Below, piece by piece: positions 29,455 to 37,287 of a stretch of 37,287 nt of DNA. Positions within the stretch are counted from its first letter, which is position 1, and every line of letters starts with the position of its first letter. The stretch lies in the sequence record SRR22947725_534. One strand, 5' to 3'. The translations under genes were made by a program, and so were the position numbers. Below the pieces are notes generated by a model, which saw only the letters and a program-made list of their open reading frames with translations, was not told where the DNA came from and did not search any database.

Positions 29455-30158
29455 TTTAAGTAATCAAGAGTAAAAAAATCAAAATTATTATCAAGAATTG
29501 ATTTGAAAAAATTTCTAGTCCCTTTTTCATTATTTTGATATTTAGCAATTTCCCTTTTGTTCAAACTTGATAAGTTTTTATGTTTTAAGTTTTGTTTTAA
29601 ATGTTCATAATTATGTTTTTCTGAAGAGTTTAAAGAAATATGTATTGGGTGAAAGTTAAAGATATTTAATTCTCCAAAAGTTTGAGGTTTTGCCCAATCA
29701 AAGCTTTTATTCCAAAATTCTGTGTCATCTTCCCAATTATAGTTAAATCTATGAAATCTTACTCCATCATAATTCCATAACCATTTTTCAATAAATTTAG
29801 ATTTATAAGTAAGAATAGATAGATCAAATTTAAGTTGAGAGAAGTTACTAAATATTTCGTAAAATAAAGGTGTTGATTGGTAGAGTGAATGAGTTCTCAA
29901 ATATTTGGCTTCTGGAGCAAATTTTAAACATTCTTCTATAACTTTTCCTGTAGTTTTTCCATGTGAACTACCTATCAGAAAATTTGGGTGAATACCTAAT
30001 TCGTGTCCTTGTCGAATAATTTCTTTATTCAAATCAGTTAAATGAGTAGAAAAAAAAGTGGCTTTAATATTTTTTTTTTTTAATAAGTTCAAGCAATCTT
30101 CAATTGAATGGTCAGGAGCCCAATCTATATCAAATGTTATGTGTAATTTAATCATCAA
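29451..30158 (-). CDS. WbmS-like polysaccharide deacetylase
   Basis: ITFDIDWAPD, KATFFSTH, HELGIHPNF, RTHSL, WEDD and FNFHPIH. Confidence 0.8.
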   Translation of the reverse strand: MMIKLHITFDIDWAPDHSIEDCLNLLKKKNIKATFFSTHLTDLNKEIIRQGHELGIHPNFLIGSSHGKTTGKVIEECLKFAPEAKYLRTHSLYQSTPLFYEIFSNFSQLKFDLSILTYKSKFIEKWLWNYDGVRFHRFNYNWEDDTEFWNKSFDWAKPQTFGELNIFNFHPIHISLNSSEKHNYEHLKQNLKHKNLSSLNKREIAKYQNNEKGTRNFFKSILDNNFDFFTLDYLK

Positions 30159-30259
30159 TTTATTTTAAGTATTTATGTTTTTAACTTAACCTTCAATTTA
30201 AGTTTCATATGCAATCTAACTATATATAAATCAATATTATATTAATCTGTGAACATAAC

Positions 30260-31276
30260 TCAATTTAATTTTTTAGCAATAATAGAAATGCCAGCTTCAT
30301 CAACATATTCATGTTCAATGTCAAGTCGAATTTCATTACACCATTCTCTAACTTCTTCTGGTGTTTGTCGAAATGCGTTTTTGGGAGCATACCAATCAAA
30401 GTTAATATGGTTCATTTCTTCAAGATTCATTTCAGGTCGGTAAAAAATTTTGAAAATATGCCAATAAAAAAGTCTTTGAATATCAATTTTCCCACTTGGT
30501 ATTCCTAACAAATCAATTTTGTTTCTTATATCTATTTCTAGATTAAGTTCACCTAATAATTTACCTAGTTCAGTTAATGGCATTAATTTTTCCCATGCTT
30601 TTTCAGGGCTTATATCTTGAATTTTTTCTCTTATATAATCATCTGTGTATTCTCTAATAGGTGATTTTTTTTTATATATATAAAAATATATTTTACCATT
30701 TATCTTTAAATATTCACAAAGAGACTTTAAAGCATTAAATGTATTATCTGTGTGATGTAAAACACCTTCTGAAAAAATGATGTCAAAGCTATTTTTTTTA
30801 AAAGGCATCTTTGTTAAATTACATTGAAGGAAACCAGCTTTAATGTTTTTTTCTAAAAATCTTTGAGCTGCTATATCTACTGCATTTGAAATATCAACAC
30901 CTACATAATTAATTTTATCTAGATATTTTTCAAAATATAACATTGCTGACATGGCACCTCCACATCCTGCATCTAACAAATTTGGCTTTTCACTAAAATT
31001 GGCTAAAAAATCATCCCCTAATTCACCATATTTTGTTTTTAACCAAACTCCCATATGTTTGGTAATATTATTCTCAAATGTATCTCTTTTATGCCACTTA
31101 AAACCAAAAATATCACTGGTTTGTTCTTGATTTTCCGTGTCCTTGTTAACTAATCTAGGAATCTGATTTTTAATTTTAAAAACCATACCTTCTGTTGTAA
31201 AAATATCGTCATTTTTTAAATGATTCTGATTTATCATTTTCCAAAACCAAGATGGTTGATTAAACGTATTAGCCAT
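30260..31276 (-). CDS. Class I SAM-dependent methyltransferase
   Basis: LLDAGCGG, GVDISNAV, FDIIFSEGVLHHT and YIYKKKSPIREYTDDYIR. Confidence 0.88.
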   Translation of the reverse strand: MANTFNQPSWFWKMINQNHLKNDDIFTTEGMVFKIKNQIPRLVNKDTENQEQTSDIFGFKWHKRDTFENNITKHMGVWLKTKYGELGDDFLANFSEKPNLLDAGCGGAMSAMLYFEKYLDKINYVGVDISNAVDIAAQRFLEKNIKAGFLQCNLTKMPFKKNSFDIIFSEGVLHHTDNTFNALKSLCEYLKINGKIYFYIYKKKSPIREYTDDYIREKIQDISPEKAWEKLMPLTELGKLLGELNLEIDIRNKIDLLGIPSGKIDIQRLFYWHIFKIFYRPEMNLEEMNHINFDWYAPKNAFRQTPEEVREWCNEIRLDIEHEYVDEAGISIIAKKLN

Positions 31277-31354
31277 AGTAATTCCTAATTTTATATTATT
31301 TTTTTTTAATTAATTTATTAATGCTATTAAAGACTTTAAATTACATTAAGCATT

Positions 31355-32521
31355 TTAATTAAAATATTGCTTAATTGCATCAACAACATAATTTATCTCT
31401 TTGTCAGTCATTCCATTATACAGTGGCAAAGAAAAACTAGCATTAGCCGCCAGAGCGGTATTAGGAAAATCTTTTTCTTCGATATTATAATTTTTTTTAT
31501 AATAGGTTAAAGAAACTACCGAATGAGTAGCTGGCCTTGTTGAAATTCCTTTTTTAAATAAATAATCCATAAATTCATTTCTGTTTTTTTTAATATTTTT
31601 TATATTTTCAAATTCTATTCCAGAATTAACAAACATACATGGAAAACTTTGATATCCATGAGTATAATTTTCCATTAACATAGGCGTCTTTATTGATCTA
31701 CAATCTTTAAGGCCACGATGATATTTATCAGCTATCTCTTTCCTTTCCTTGTATATTTTATAACCCCTATCCATTTGAGCACTTCCAATAGCTGCCTGTA
31801 TATCAGTCATTCTATGATTATATCCTGCCTCAGTATGGTCCGCTAAAATATGAGGCTTTGAACCTAAATGCCTTTGCAAATCTGTTGTTACAGCTCCATG
31901 ATCACGTAATATTCTGACTTTATCTGCATATTCGCGATCATTAGTAACTATCATGCCTCCTTCACCTGTAGTAATAGCTTTTCTAGGATGAAAACTAAAG
32001 CAACCAAAATCACCAAAAGTACCTACGTGGCAATTAGAAATTTTTGATCCGAAACCACATGCAGCATCTTCAATTATTTTCAAATCATATTTCTGAGATA
32101 AAAAATTTATTTTTTCCATTTCAGCCGGCATTCCAAATAAATGAACCGGCAATATAAATTTAGTTTTGTTTGTTATTTTTTGTTCAATTTGATGAATATC
32201 TATATTGAAAGTATCAATATTAATATCACAAAAAATCACTTTACCTCCAAGTTGTTCAACAACATTTGCTGTCGAAATCCATGTAAATGCAGGGACTATG
32301 GCTTCATCTTCTGGTTTAAAACCAGCCGCAATTAAAGATAACGACATTGCAGATGTACATGATGTTACAGCAATTGAATGCTTAACACCTATAAAGTCAG
32401 ACCATTTATCTTCAAATTCTTTAACTTTAGGACCTTGAACTAACCAGCCGCTTTTAAGAGTTTCTAAAACTGCGTTAATTTCTCTTTCATCTAAGATTGT
32501 TTTTGATATTGGAATTTTCAT
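31355..32521 (-). CDS. DegT/DnrJ/EryC1/StrS PLP-dependent sugar aminotransferase
   Basis: SGWLVQGPKV, PVHLFG, IEDAAC, FSFHPRKAITTGEGG (PLP lysine) and GYNHRMTDIQAA. Confidence 0.93.
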   Translation of the reverse strand: MKIPISKTILDEREINAVLETLKSGWLVQGPKVKEFEDKWSDFIGVKHSIAVTSCTSAMSLSLIAAGFKPEDEAIVPAFTWISTANVVEQLGGKVIFCDINIDTFNIDIHQIEQKITNKTKFILPVHLFGMPAEMEKINFLSQKYDLKIIEDAACGFGSKISNCHVGTFGDFGCFSFHPRKAITTGEGGMIVTNDREYADKVRILRDHGAVTTDLQRHLGSKPHILADHTEAGYNHRMTDIQAAIGSAQMDRGYKIYKERKEIADKYHRGLKDCRSIKTPMLMENYTHGYQSFPCMFVNSGIEFENIKNIKKNRNEFMDYLFKKGISTRPATHSVVSLTYYKKNYNIEEKDFPNTALAANASFSLPLYNGMTDKEINYVVDAIKQYFN

Positions 32522-32573
32522 TCTTCAAAGGCCTTTAAACAAGTATCAATAATTCAAGATCTATAATCATCAA

Positions 32574-33569
32574 CTAGCTTTTAATTTTGTTTTGTCTGTT
32601 TAATAGTTCTACCTTATGGATTTTTCTCCATTCAATCAATCTTTTTAACCCATCTCTTAAGTCAATAGAAGACTTAAAGCCAATTTCATTAATTGCTTTT
32701 TTAGGACAACCTATTCTGTTTTTCACAAATGTATTTTCAATTCTTGGCTTATAATTTATTTTTTTATTGCATTGAGTGATATCTACAATAAGTTCTGCTA
32801 ATTCTTTTAAAGATGTTCTGATACCAGTGCCTACATTGTAAAAGCTGTCAACACTATCAGATTCCATCGCACATATGTTGGCTTTTGCGCAATCTTCAAC
32901 TGCAACAAAGTCAAAAGCTTCAGAACCATCTCCAATAATTGTTGGGCTTTGACCTTGATCAATTGCATCTAACATTTTCATAATAACAGCTATATATGCT
33001 CCCTGATAATCTTGCCTCGGTCCATACACATTCATATATCTTAATCCTACATAATTTAAACCATACCTGTGATGAAACGCTCTTATCATGGCTTCACCGG
33101 CAATTTTAGTAGCACCGTAAAAGTTTTTATTATTAAAGGGGTGATCTTCATCCATTGGCTCATAATTAGCATCTCCATAAACAGACGCTGAAGAGGAGTA
33201 AACTAATCTTTTTACACCTTGCTCTACACATGCTTCCATAACATTGAATGTGCCTCTAATATTAACATCAAATGCACTACGTGGATATTCATGACATTGC
33301 AACAACCACAAAGCTGCAAAGTGGTAAACAGCGTCAGCACCTTTAAAAGCTGAATTTAAAATATCAGTTTGTAAAATATCACCACCTATAGCATTAAATT
33401 TAACTCGTGGATCCTTAAAAGCTTCTGAGAGATTTTCGTGACTTCCTCTTGTCATATTATCATAGACAAGTATTTCTTTAATTTCTGTATTTAATAATTT
33501 ATCAATCGTATGGGAGCCAATCAATCCAGCACCACCTACGACTACAATCTTTTTATTTTTTATTTCCAT
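32574..33569 (-). CDS. NAD-dependent epimerase/dehydratase (extended SDR)
   Basis: VVGGAGLIGSH, HFAALWLLQC, SSSASVYG, catalytic YGATK and LRYMNVYGPRQ. Confidence 0.92.
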   Translation of the reverse strand: MEIKNKKIVVVGGAGLIGSHTIDKLLNTEIKEILVYDNMTRGSHENLSEAFKDPRVKFNAIGGDILQTDILNSAFKGADAVYHFAALWLLQCHEYPRSAFDVNIRGTFNVMEACVEQGVKRLVYSSSASVYGDANYEPMDEDHPFNNKNFYGATKIAGEAMIRAFHHRYGLNYVGLRYMNVYGPRQDYQGAYIAVIMKMLDAIDQGQSPTIIGDGSEAFDFVAVEDCAKANICAMESDSVDSFYNVGTGIRTSLKELAELIVDITQCNKKINYKPRIENTFVKNRIGCPKKAINEIGFKSSIDLRDGLKRLIEWRKIHKVELLNRQNKIKS

Positions 33570-34151
33570 TTAATCACCTTCACAATAACAAGTTTCATCT
33601 TTTATAAAATAATATTCTTCACTACCTTTACAAAATGTTTTTTCATTTCCTTTAAGTGGCAAATTTAATTTAAAACCTTCTTTGCTTATCCAACCGATTT
33701 GTCTGGCAGGCACTCCTGCATATAATCCATATGCTTTTGTATTTTTAGTGACAACAGCTCCAGCAGCTACAAATGAGTAATTTCCAATAACAGTACCACA
33801 TAAAATAGTTGCGTTTGCACCTAAACTAGACCCAAGTCTTACAATTGTTTTTTTAAATTCAGACTTTCTATCAACTCCACTTCTGGGGTTTATTACATTT
33901 GTAAAAACAACGCTAGGTCCACAAAAGACATAATCTTCAAAAATCACACCTTCATATAAACTTACATTATTCTGTATTTTACAGTTATTGCCAATGGTAA
34001 CATTATTTGCCACATAAACATTTTGACCTAAACTGCTATTGTCACCTATCACTGACTTACTACAAACATGTGTCCAGTGCCAGATCAATGTTTGTGCACC
34101 TATTTTTGCTCCATTATCTATAATAGCAGTATGATGAATATTATTTACCAT
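33570..34151 (-). CDS. wbpD: UDP-2-acetamido-3-amino-2,3-dideoxy-glucuronate N-acetyltransferase (WbpD/WlbB)
   Basis: IHHTAIIDNGAKIG..T.IWHW.H, CKIQNNVSLY, FCGPSVVFTNVINPRS and GVPARQIGW. Confidence 0.88.
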   Translation of the reverse strand: MVNNIHHTAIIDNGAKIGAQTLIWHWTHVCSKSVIGDNSSLGQNVYVANNVTIGNNCKIQNNVSLYEGVIFEDYVFCGPSVVFTNVINPRSGVDRKSEFKKTIVRLGSSLGANATILCGTVIGNYSFVAAGAVVTKNTKAYGLYAGVPARQIGWISKEGFKLNLPLKGNEKTFCKGSEEYYFIKDETCYCEGD

Positions 34152-34155
34152 TAAA

Positions 34156-35121
34156 TCACTTTTCCATTTTTTTTATGAAAAAAGAGTCAGATATTTCTTG
34201 CATTTTAATAGTGTTCTGACGCCTTATGTTCGATACCGTAGTTATTGCTTCTCTTGTTTCTTCAACTCCAAACCCATTACCACTTAAAATTTGTTGGTAA
34301 CTTTGAAAATGCAAATCTTCAAATCCTGCAGAAAACTCTACTTCTCTCTCATTTATTTTCATAGACCTAAAAGTTTGAAGTCCTTTTGCAGAAGACTCTA
34401 TTTTTAAATCATTTTTATCAATTGACAAAAACCATTTTACATTGGCATGTTCTAGATTAAGAAAACCTGCAGCCTTTATATCGTTATTTAAATAAGTTTC
34501 AGAAGATATGGTTTTGCCAAACAAATAGTGAAGAACATCAAAAAAATGTATTCCAATATTGGTAGCTATTCCTCCAGATTTTTTTTCGTCTCCCTTCCAA
34601 CTTTGTAAATACCAATTACCTCTTGAGGTAATATAAGTCAGTTCAATTTCATACTTTTTAGAGGTAAAATCCTTTTTAATTTCGTCTTTTAATTTTCTAA
34701 TGGCTGGATGAAGTCTTAATTGAAGTATTGTATTAACTTTACATCCTGTTTGTTTTTCTAAATCGATAATCCCATCAATATTCCATGGGTTTAAAACAAG
34801 AGGTTTTTCACAAATTACATTTGCTTCTGATCTCAGAGCAAATCTGATATGACTATCATGAAGATAATTAGGAGAACATATACTAAAATAATTAATTTTT
34901 TCTTTAGGGCCATTATTAAATAATTTATATATATGTCTATCAAAACGCTCAAATTCTGTAAAGAAGCTGGCTTCAGGGAAATATTTATCAAGTATACCAA
35001 CTGAGTCGTTCATATCAAAGGAAGCTTTTAATTCGTTTCCAGTCTCCTTTATAGAAGATAAGTGTCTTGGAGCTACATAACCTCCAACACCTATTAAAGC
35101 AAATTTCTGTTTTTCTTTCAT
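34156..35121 (-). CDS. wbpB: UDP-GlcNAcA 3-dehydrogenase (WbpB/WlbA), Gfo/Idh/MocA family
   Basis: FALIGVGGYVAPRH, SICSPNYLHDSH, CEKPLVLNPWN, YITSRGNWY and GGIATNIGIHFFD. I prefer the ATG at 35121 to the track start at 35154. Confidence 0.9.
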   Translation of the reverse strand: MKEKQKFALIGVGGYVAPRHLSSIKETGNELKASFDMNDSVGILDKYFPEASFFTEFERFDRHIYKLFNNGPKEKINYFSICSPNYLHDSHIRFALRSEANVICEKPLVLNPWNIDGIIDLEKQTGCKVNTILQLRLHPAIRKLKDEIKKDFTSKKYEIELTYITSRGNWYLQSWKGDEKKSGGIATNIGIHFFDVLHYLFGKTISSETYLNNDIKAAGFLNLEHANVKWFLSIDKNDLKIESSAKGLQTFRSMKINEREVEFSAGFEDLHFQSYQQILSGNGFGVEETREAITTVSNIRRQNTIKMQEISDSFFIKKMEK

Positions 35122-35128
35122 ATCAAAA

Positions 35129-36406
35129 TTACAGTCTCCACAGATTAAAACCAAGATTAACTATATCATTTTTGCTATAACTAGATTTAACATCTACAAA
35201 CGTTCCTTTTGCTTTAAGTTTTTCTAAAATAACCTTTATTCCCATTTTTAGATATTCTTGATGAGAAACTGCAGCAATAATTGCATCAGCTAAAGGCAGC
35301 TTTCCCCAGGGTACCAATTTAATATCGTATTCAACTTTTGATATATTTTCATCAACAACCGGGTCGTTGATATAAACTGAAACTCCTCTCATTTTCAAAA
35401 TGTTAATTAAATCTATTACTTTAGAATTTCGAAGGTCGGAACAGTTTTCTTTAAAAGAAACACCTAATACAATAATTTTAGAATTTTCAAGTTTGACACC
35501 TAATTTTAAAATATTTTCAATTGTTTTTTCTGCTATGTACAAAGCCATATTATCATTCACTTGTCGTCCAGCTAAGATTACTTGTGGAGTGTACCCGAGA
35601 GTTTCTGCCTTGTAAGTTAAATAATAAGGATCTACTCCTATACAATGCCCTCCAACTAAACCAGGTCTAAAGGGCATAAAATTCCACTTTGAACTTGCCA
35701 CCTCTATTACTTCTGAAGTATCAATATCTGCCTTGTTAAAAATAATTGCTAATTCATTCATTAGGGCAATATTTAAATCTCTTTGAGTATTTTCAATAAC
35801 TTTTGCTGCTTCAGCTACTTTAATTGAACTTGCACGGAAAATACCTGCTTTAATTATAGAACTATAAAGAGCGCTTATTTTATCAAGAGTAATTTCATTA
35901 TCTGCAGATACTACTTTTACAATCTGTGTAAGATACCTGTCCTTATCTCCAGGGTTAATTCTTTCAGGAGAGTAACCTACATTAAAGTCCTTTTTCCACT
36001 GCATTTTTGAAAATTTCTCAAGAATAGGTATGCAAATGTCTTCAGTAACACCTGGATATACTGTAGGTTCAAAAATAACTATAGAGTGTCTCTTCATTTT
36101 TTGGCCTACGATTTTACTAGCCTCAATTACAGCTGTTAAATCTGGTTTTTTATTTATATCTACAGGTGTTGGAACTGCGACTATAATGACATCTGCTTCT
36201 GACAATTTATCAGGCTTGTCAGTAAATGAAAGAAATATAGATTTAATAAAATCTTTTAATTTAACTTCTCCATTTGGATCTTTTTTGGATTTATAATTTA
36301 AAATTTTATTTTTAGAAATATCAAAACCTAAAGTTTCATATATTTTACCAAATTCTATTGCCAGAGGTAAACCAACATAACCTAGGCCAACTACTGCAAT
36401 CTTCAT
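35129..36406 (-). CDS. UDP-N-acetylhexosamine 6-dehydrogenase (WbpO/TviB family)
   Basis: VVGLGYVGLPLA, YSPERINPGD, AEAAKVIENTQRDLNIA, GLVGGHCIGVDPYYL (catalytic Cys) and FKENCSDLRNSKV. Confidence 0.92.
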   Translation of the reverse strand: MKIAVVGLGYVGLPLAIEFGKIYETLGFDISKNKILNYKSKKDPNGEVKLKDFIKSIFLSFTDKPDKLSEADVIIVAVPTPVDINKKPDLTAVIEASKIVGQKMKRHSIVIFEPTVYPGVTEDICIPILEKFSKMQWKKDFNVGYSPERINPGDKDRYLTQIVKVVSADNEITLDKISALYSSIIKAGIFRASSIKVAEAAKVIENTQRDLNIALMNELAIIFNKADIDTSEVIEVASSKWNFMPFRPGLVGGHCIGVDPYYLTYKAETLGYTPQVILAGRQVNDNMALYIAEKTIENILKLGVKLENSKIIVLGVSFKENCSDLRNSKVIDLINILKMRGVSVYINDPVVDENISKVEYDIKLVPWGKLPLADAIIAAVSHQEYLKMGIKVILEKLKAKGTFVDVKSSYSKNDIVNLGFNLWRL

Positions 36407-36416
36407 GTTCTTAAAT

Positions 36417-37287
36417 TTATTTATAATAACCTCTATACCAATCTACAAATTCTTTTATACCCTCTTGATATGATATTTTAGGAGAAAATCCAGTTAAATT
36501 TTTTAAAAGATTTATATCGCTTGAAGTTTCTGGGACATCACCAGGCTGTAAAGCTAAAAAAATTTTTTTAGCTTTTATGCCAAGAGCATTTTCTAATTCA
36601 GATATAAAGCTTAATAGATCTATTGCATTAGAGTTACCAATATTCACAACTCTAAATGGAGCAACATCAGAAATACTGTCATTTAAAAATTTCTTTTTTC
36701 TAGAATTAGGTAATTTTGGAGATACAGGTATTAATAATTTAATTGCTTCAACTAAATCTAGAACATTAGTAAAATCTCGCTTCATTTTTCCATCATTATA
36801 CACTTCAATTGGCAAACCTTCTAAAATATTTTTTGTAAATTTAAACAATGCCATATCTGGCCTTCCCCAAGTTCCGTATACAGTAAAAAATCTAAATACA
36901 GTAATAGGAATATCAAAGATATGTGAGTATGAATGTGCCATAACTTCATTAGATTTTTTTGTTGCTGCGTAAAATGACATTTGAGTGTCACATTTTTGAT
37001 TTTCATCAAATGGCATAACCTGATTTGCGCCATAAACTGAGGATGTTGAAGCCAATAAAAGATGCTTGGGTTTATAGTTTCTTGCTAATTCTAAAATTTC
37101 AAATGTGCCTATTAAATTGGACTCAACATAAGATTTTGGATTTTCAATAGAATACCTTACACCTGCCTGTGCTGCAAGATGAACAATTACATAAGGTTTA
37201 TATTTATCTACAATATCATTTAATAAATTTCTATCTTGAATAAACCCAACAAACCCAATGAAATTTTTATTTTTTTTTAACTCATTA
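36417..37287 (-). CDS. UDP-glucuronate 4-epimerase-like SDR, 5' end outside the window
   Basis: The frame continues upstream of the track start to the window edge: ...VHLAAQAGVRYSIENPKSYVESNL...ASTSSVYG...YAATKK...RFFTVYGTWGRPDMALFKF. Confidence 0.92.
   Translation of the reverse strand, partial: NELKKNKNFIGFVGFIQDRNLLNDIVDKYKPYVIVHLAAQAGVRYSIENPKSYVESNLIGTFEILELARNYKPKHLLLASTSSVYGANQVMPFDENQKCDTQMSFYAATKKSNEVMAHSYSHIFDIPITVFRFFTVYGTWGRPDMALFKFTKNILEGLPIEVYNDGKMKRDFTNVLDLVEAIKLLIPVSPKLPNSRKKKFLNDSISDVAPFRVVNIGNSNAIDLLSFISELENALGIKAKKIFLALQPGDVPETSSDINLLKNLTGFSPKISYQEGIKEFVDWYRGYYK

Noticed and set aside
31320-31354. Imperfect inverted repeat including TTAAAGACTTTAA (31327-31339) after the DegT gene
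   Set aside because: The stem is AT-rich and weak with no GC core; not supportable as a terminator or operator.
5859-36972. Short plus-strand ORFs in the track (60-131 aa, e.g. 5859-6077, 10497-10793, 26070-26339, 36577-36972)
   Set aside because: They lie antisense to well-supported genes and show no recognisable motifs; shadow ORFs.
36821-37033. 70-aa minus-strand ORF
   Set aside because: Alternate frame inside the UDP-glucuronate epimerase-like gene.
1-37287. tRNA/rRNA genes, CRISPR arrays, IS elements or integrases, tandem repeats
   Set aside because: Intergenic gaps are at most about 100 bp and I saw no such signatures by eye; a covariance-model or repeat scan would be needed to exclude small elements.

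Overview
The whole 37.3 kb window is part of one very AT-rich bacterial surface-glycan (O-antigen, capsule or glycoprotein-glycan) biosynthesis island. It holds 38 genes: 37 on the minus strand, tightly packed and often translationally coupled, and one TylF-family O-methyltransferase on the plus strand. Both ends are truncated genes. In transcription order (right to left) the modules are: (1) uronic acid / diamino-uronic acid precursor genes (UDP-glucuronate epimerase-like, WbpO/TviB-like dehydrogenase, wbpB, wbpD, an SDR, a DegT aminotransferase); (2) tailoring genes (SAM methyltransferase, WbmS-like deacetylase, formyltransferase, TylF, asnB-type amidotransferase, acyltransferase); (3) a single-chain MsbA/PglK-type ABC exporter, then a deacetylase, WbqC, two transferase-like genes and a second formyltransferase/deacetylase pair; (4) a nonulosonic acid module (neuA, neuB, neuC) with two Gfo/Idh/MocA oxidoreductases and a D-2-hydroxyacid dehydrogenase; (5) a higher-carbon or branched sugar module (divergent ThDP E1 alpha/beta pair, atypical GmhA, SDRs, C-methyltransferase, RmlC-like epimerase, HddC-GmhB fusion, HddA, CmcI-type methyltransferase), followed by GT2 and GT4 transferases. 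I saw no RNA genes, CRISPR arrays or mobile elements. The best novelty candidates are module 5, where several enzymes carry altered catalytic motifs, and the thrice-repeated pairing of a deacetylase with an acyl-donor enzyme. Family calls rest on motif recognition only; no database searches were run.
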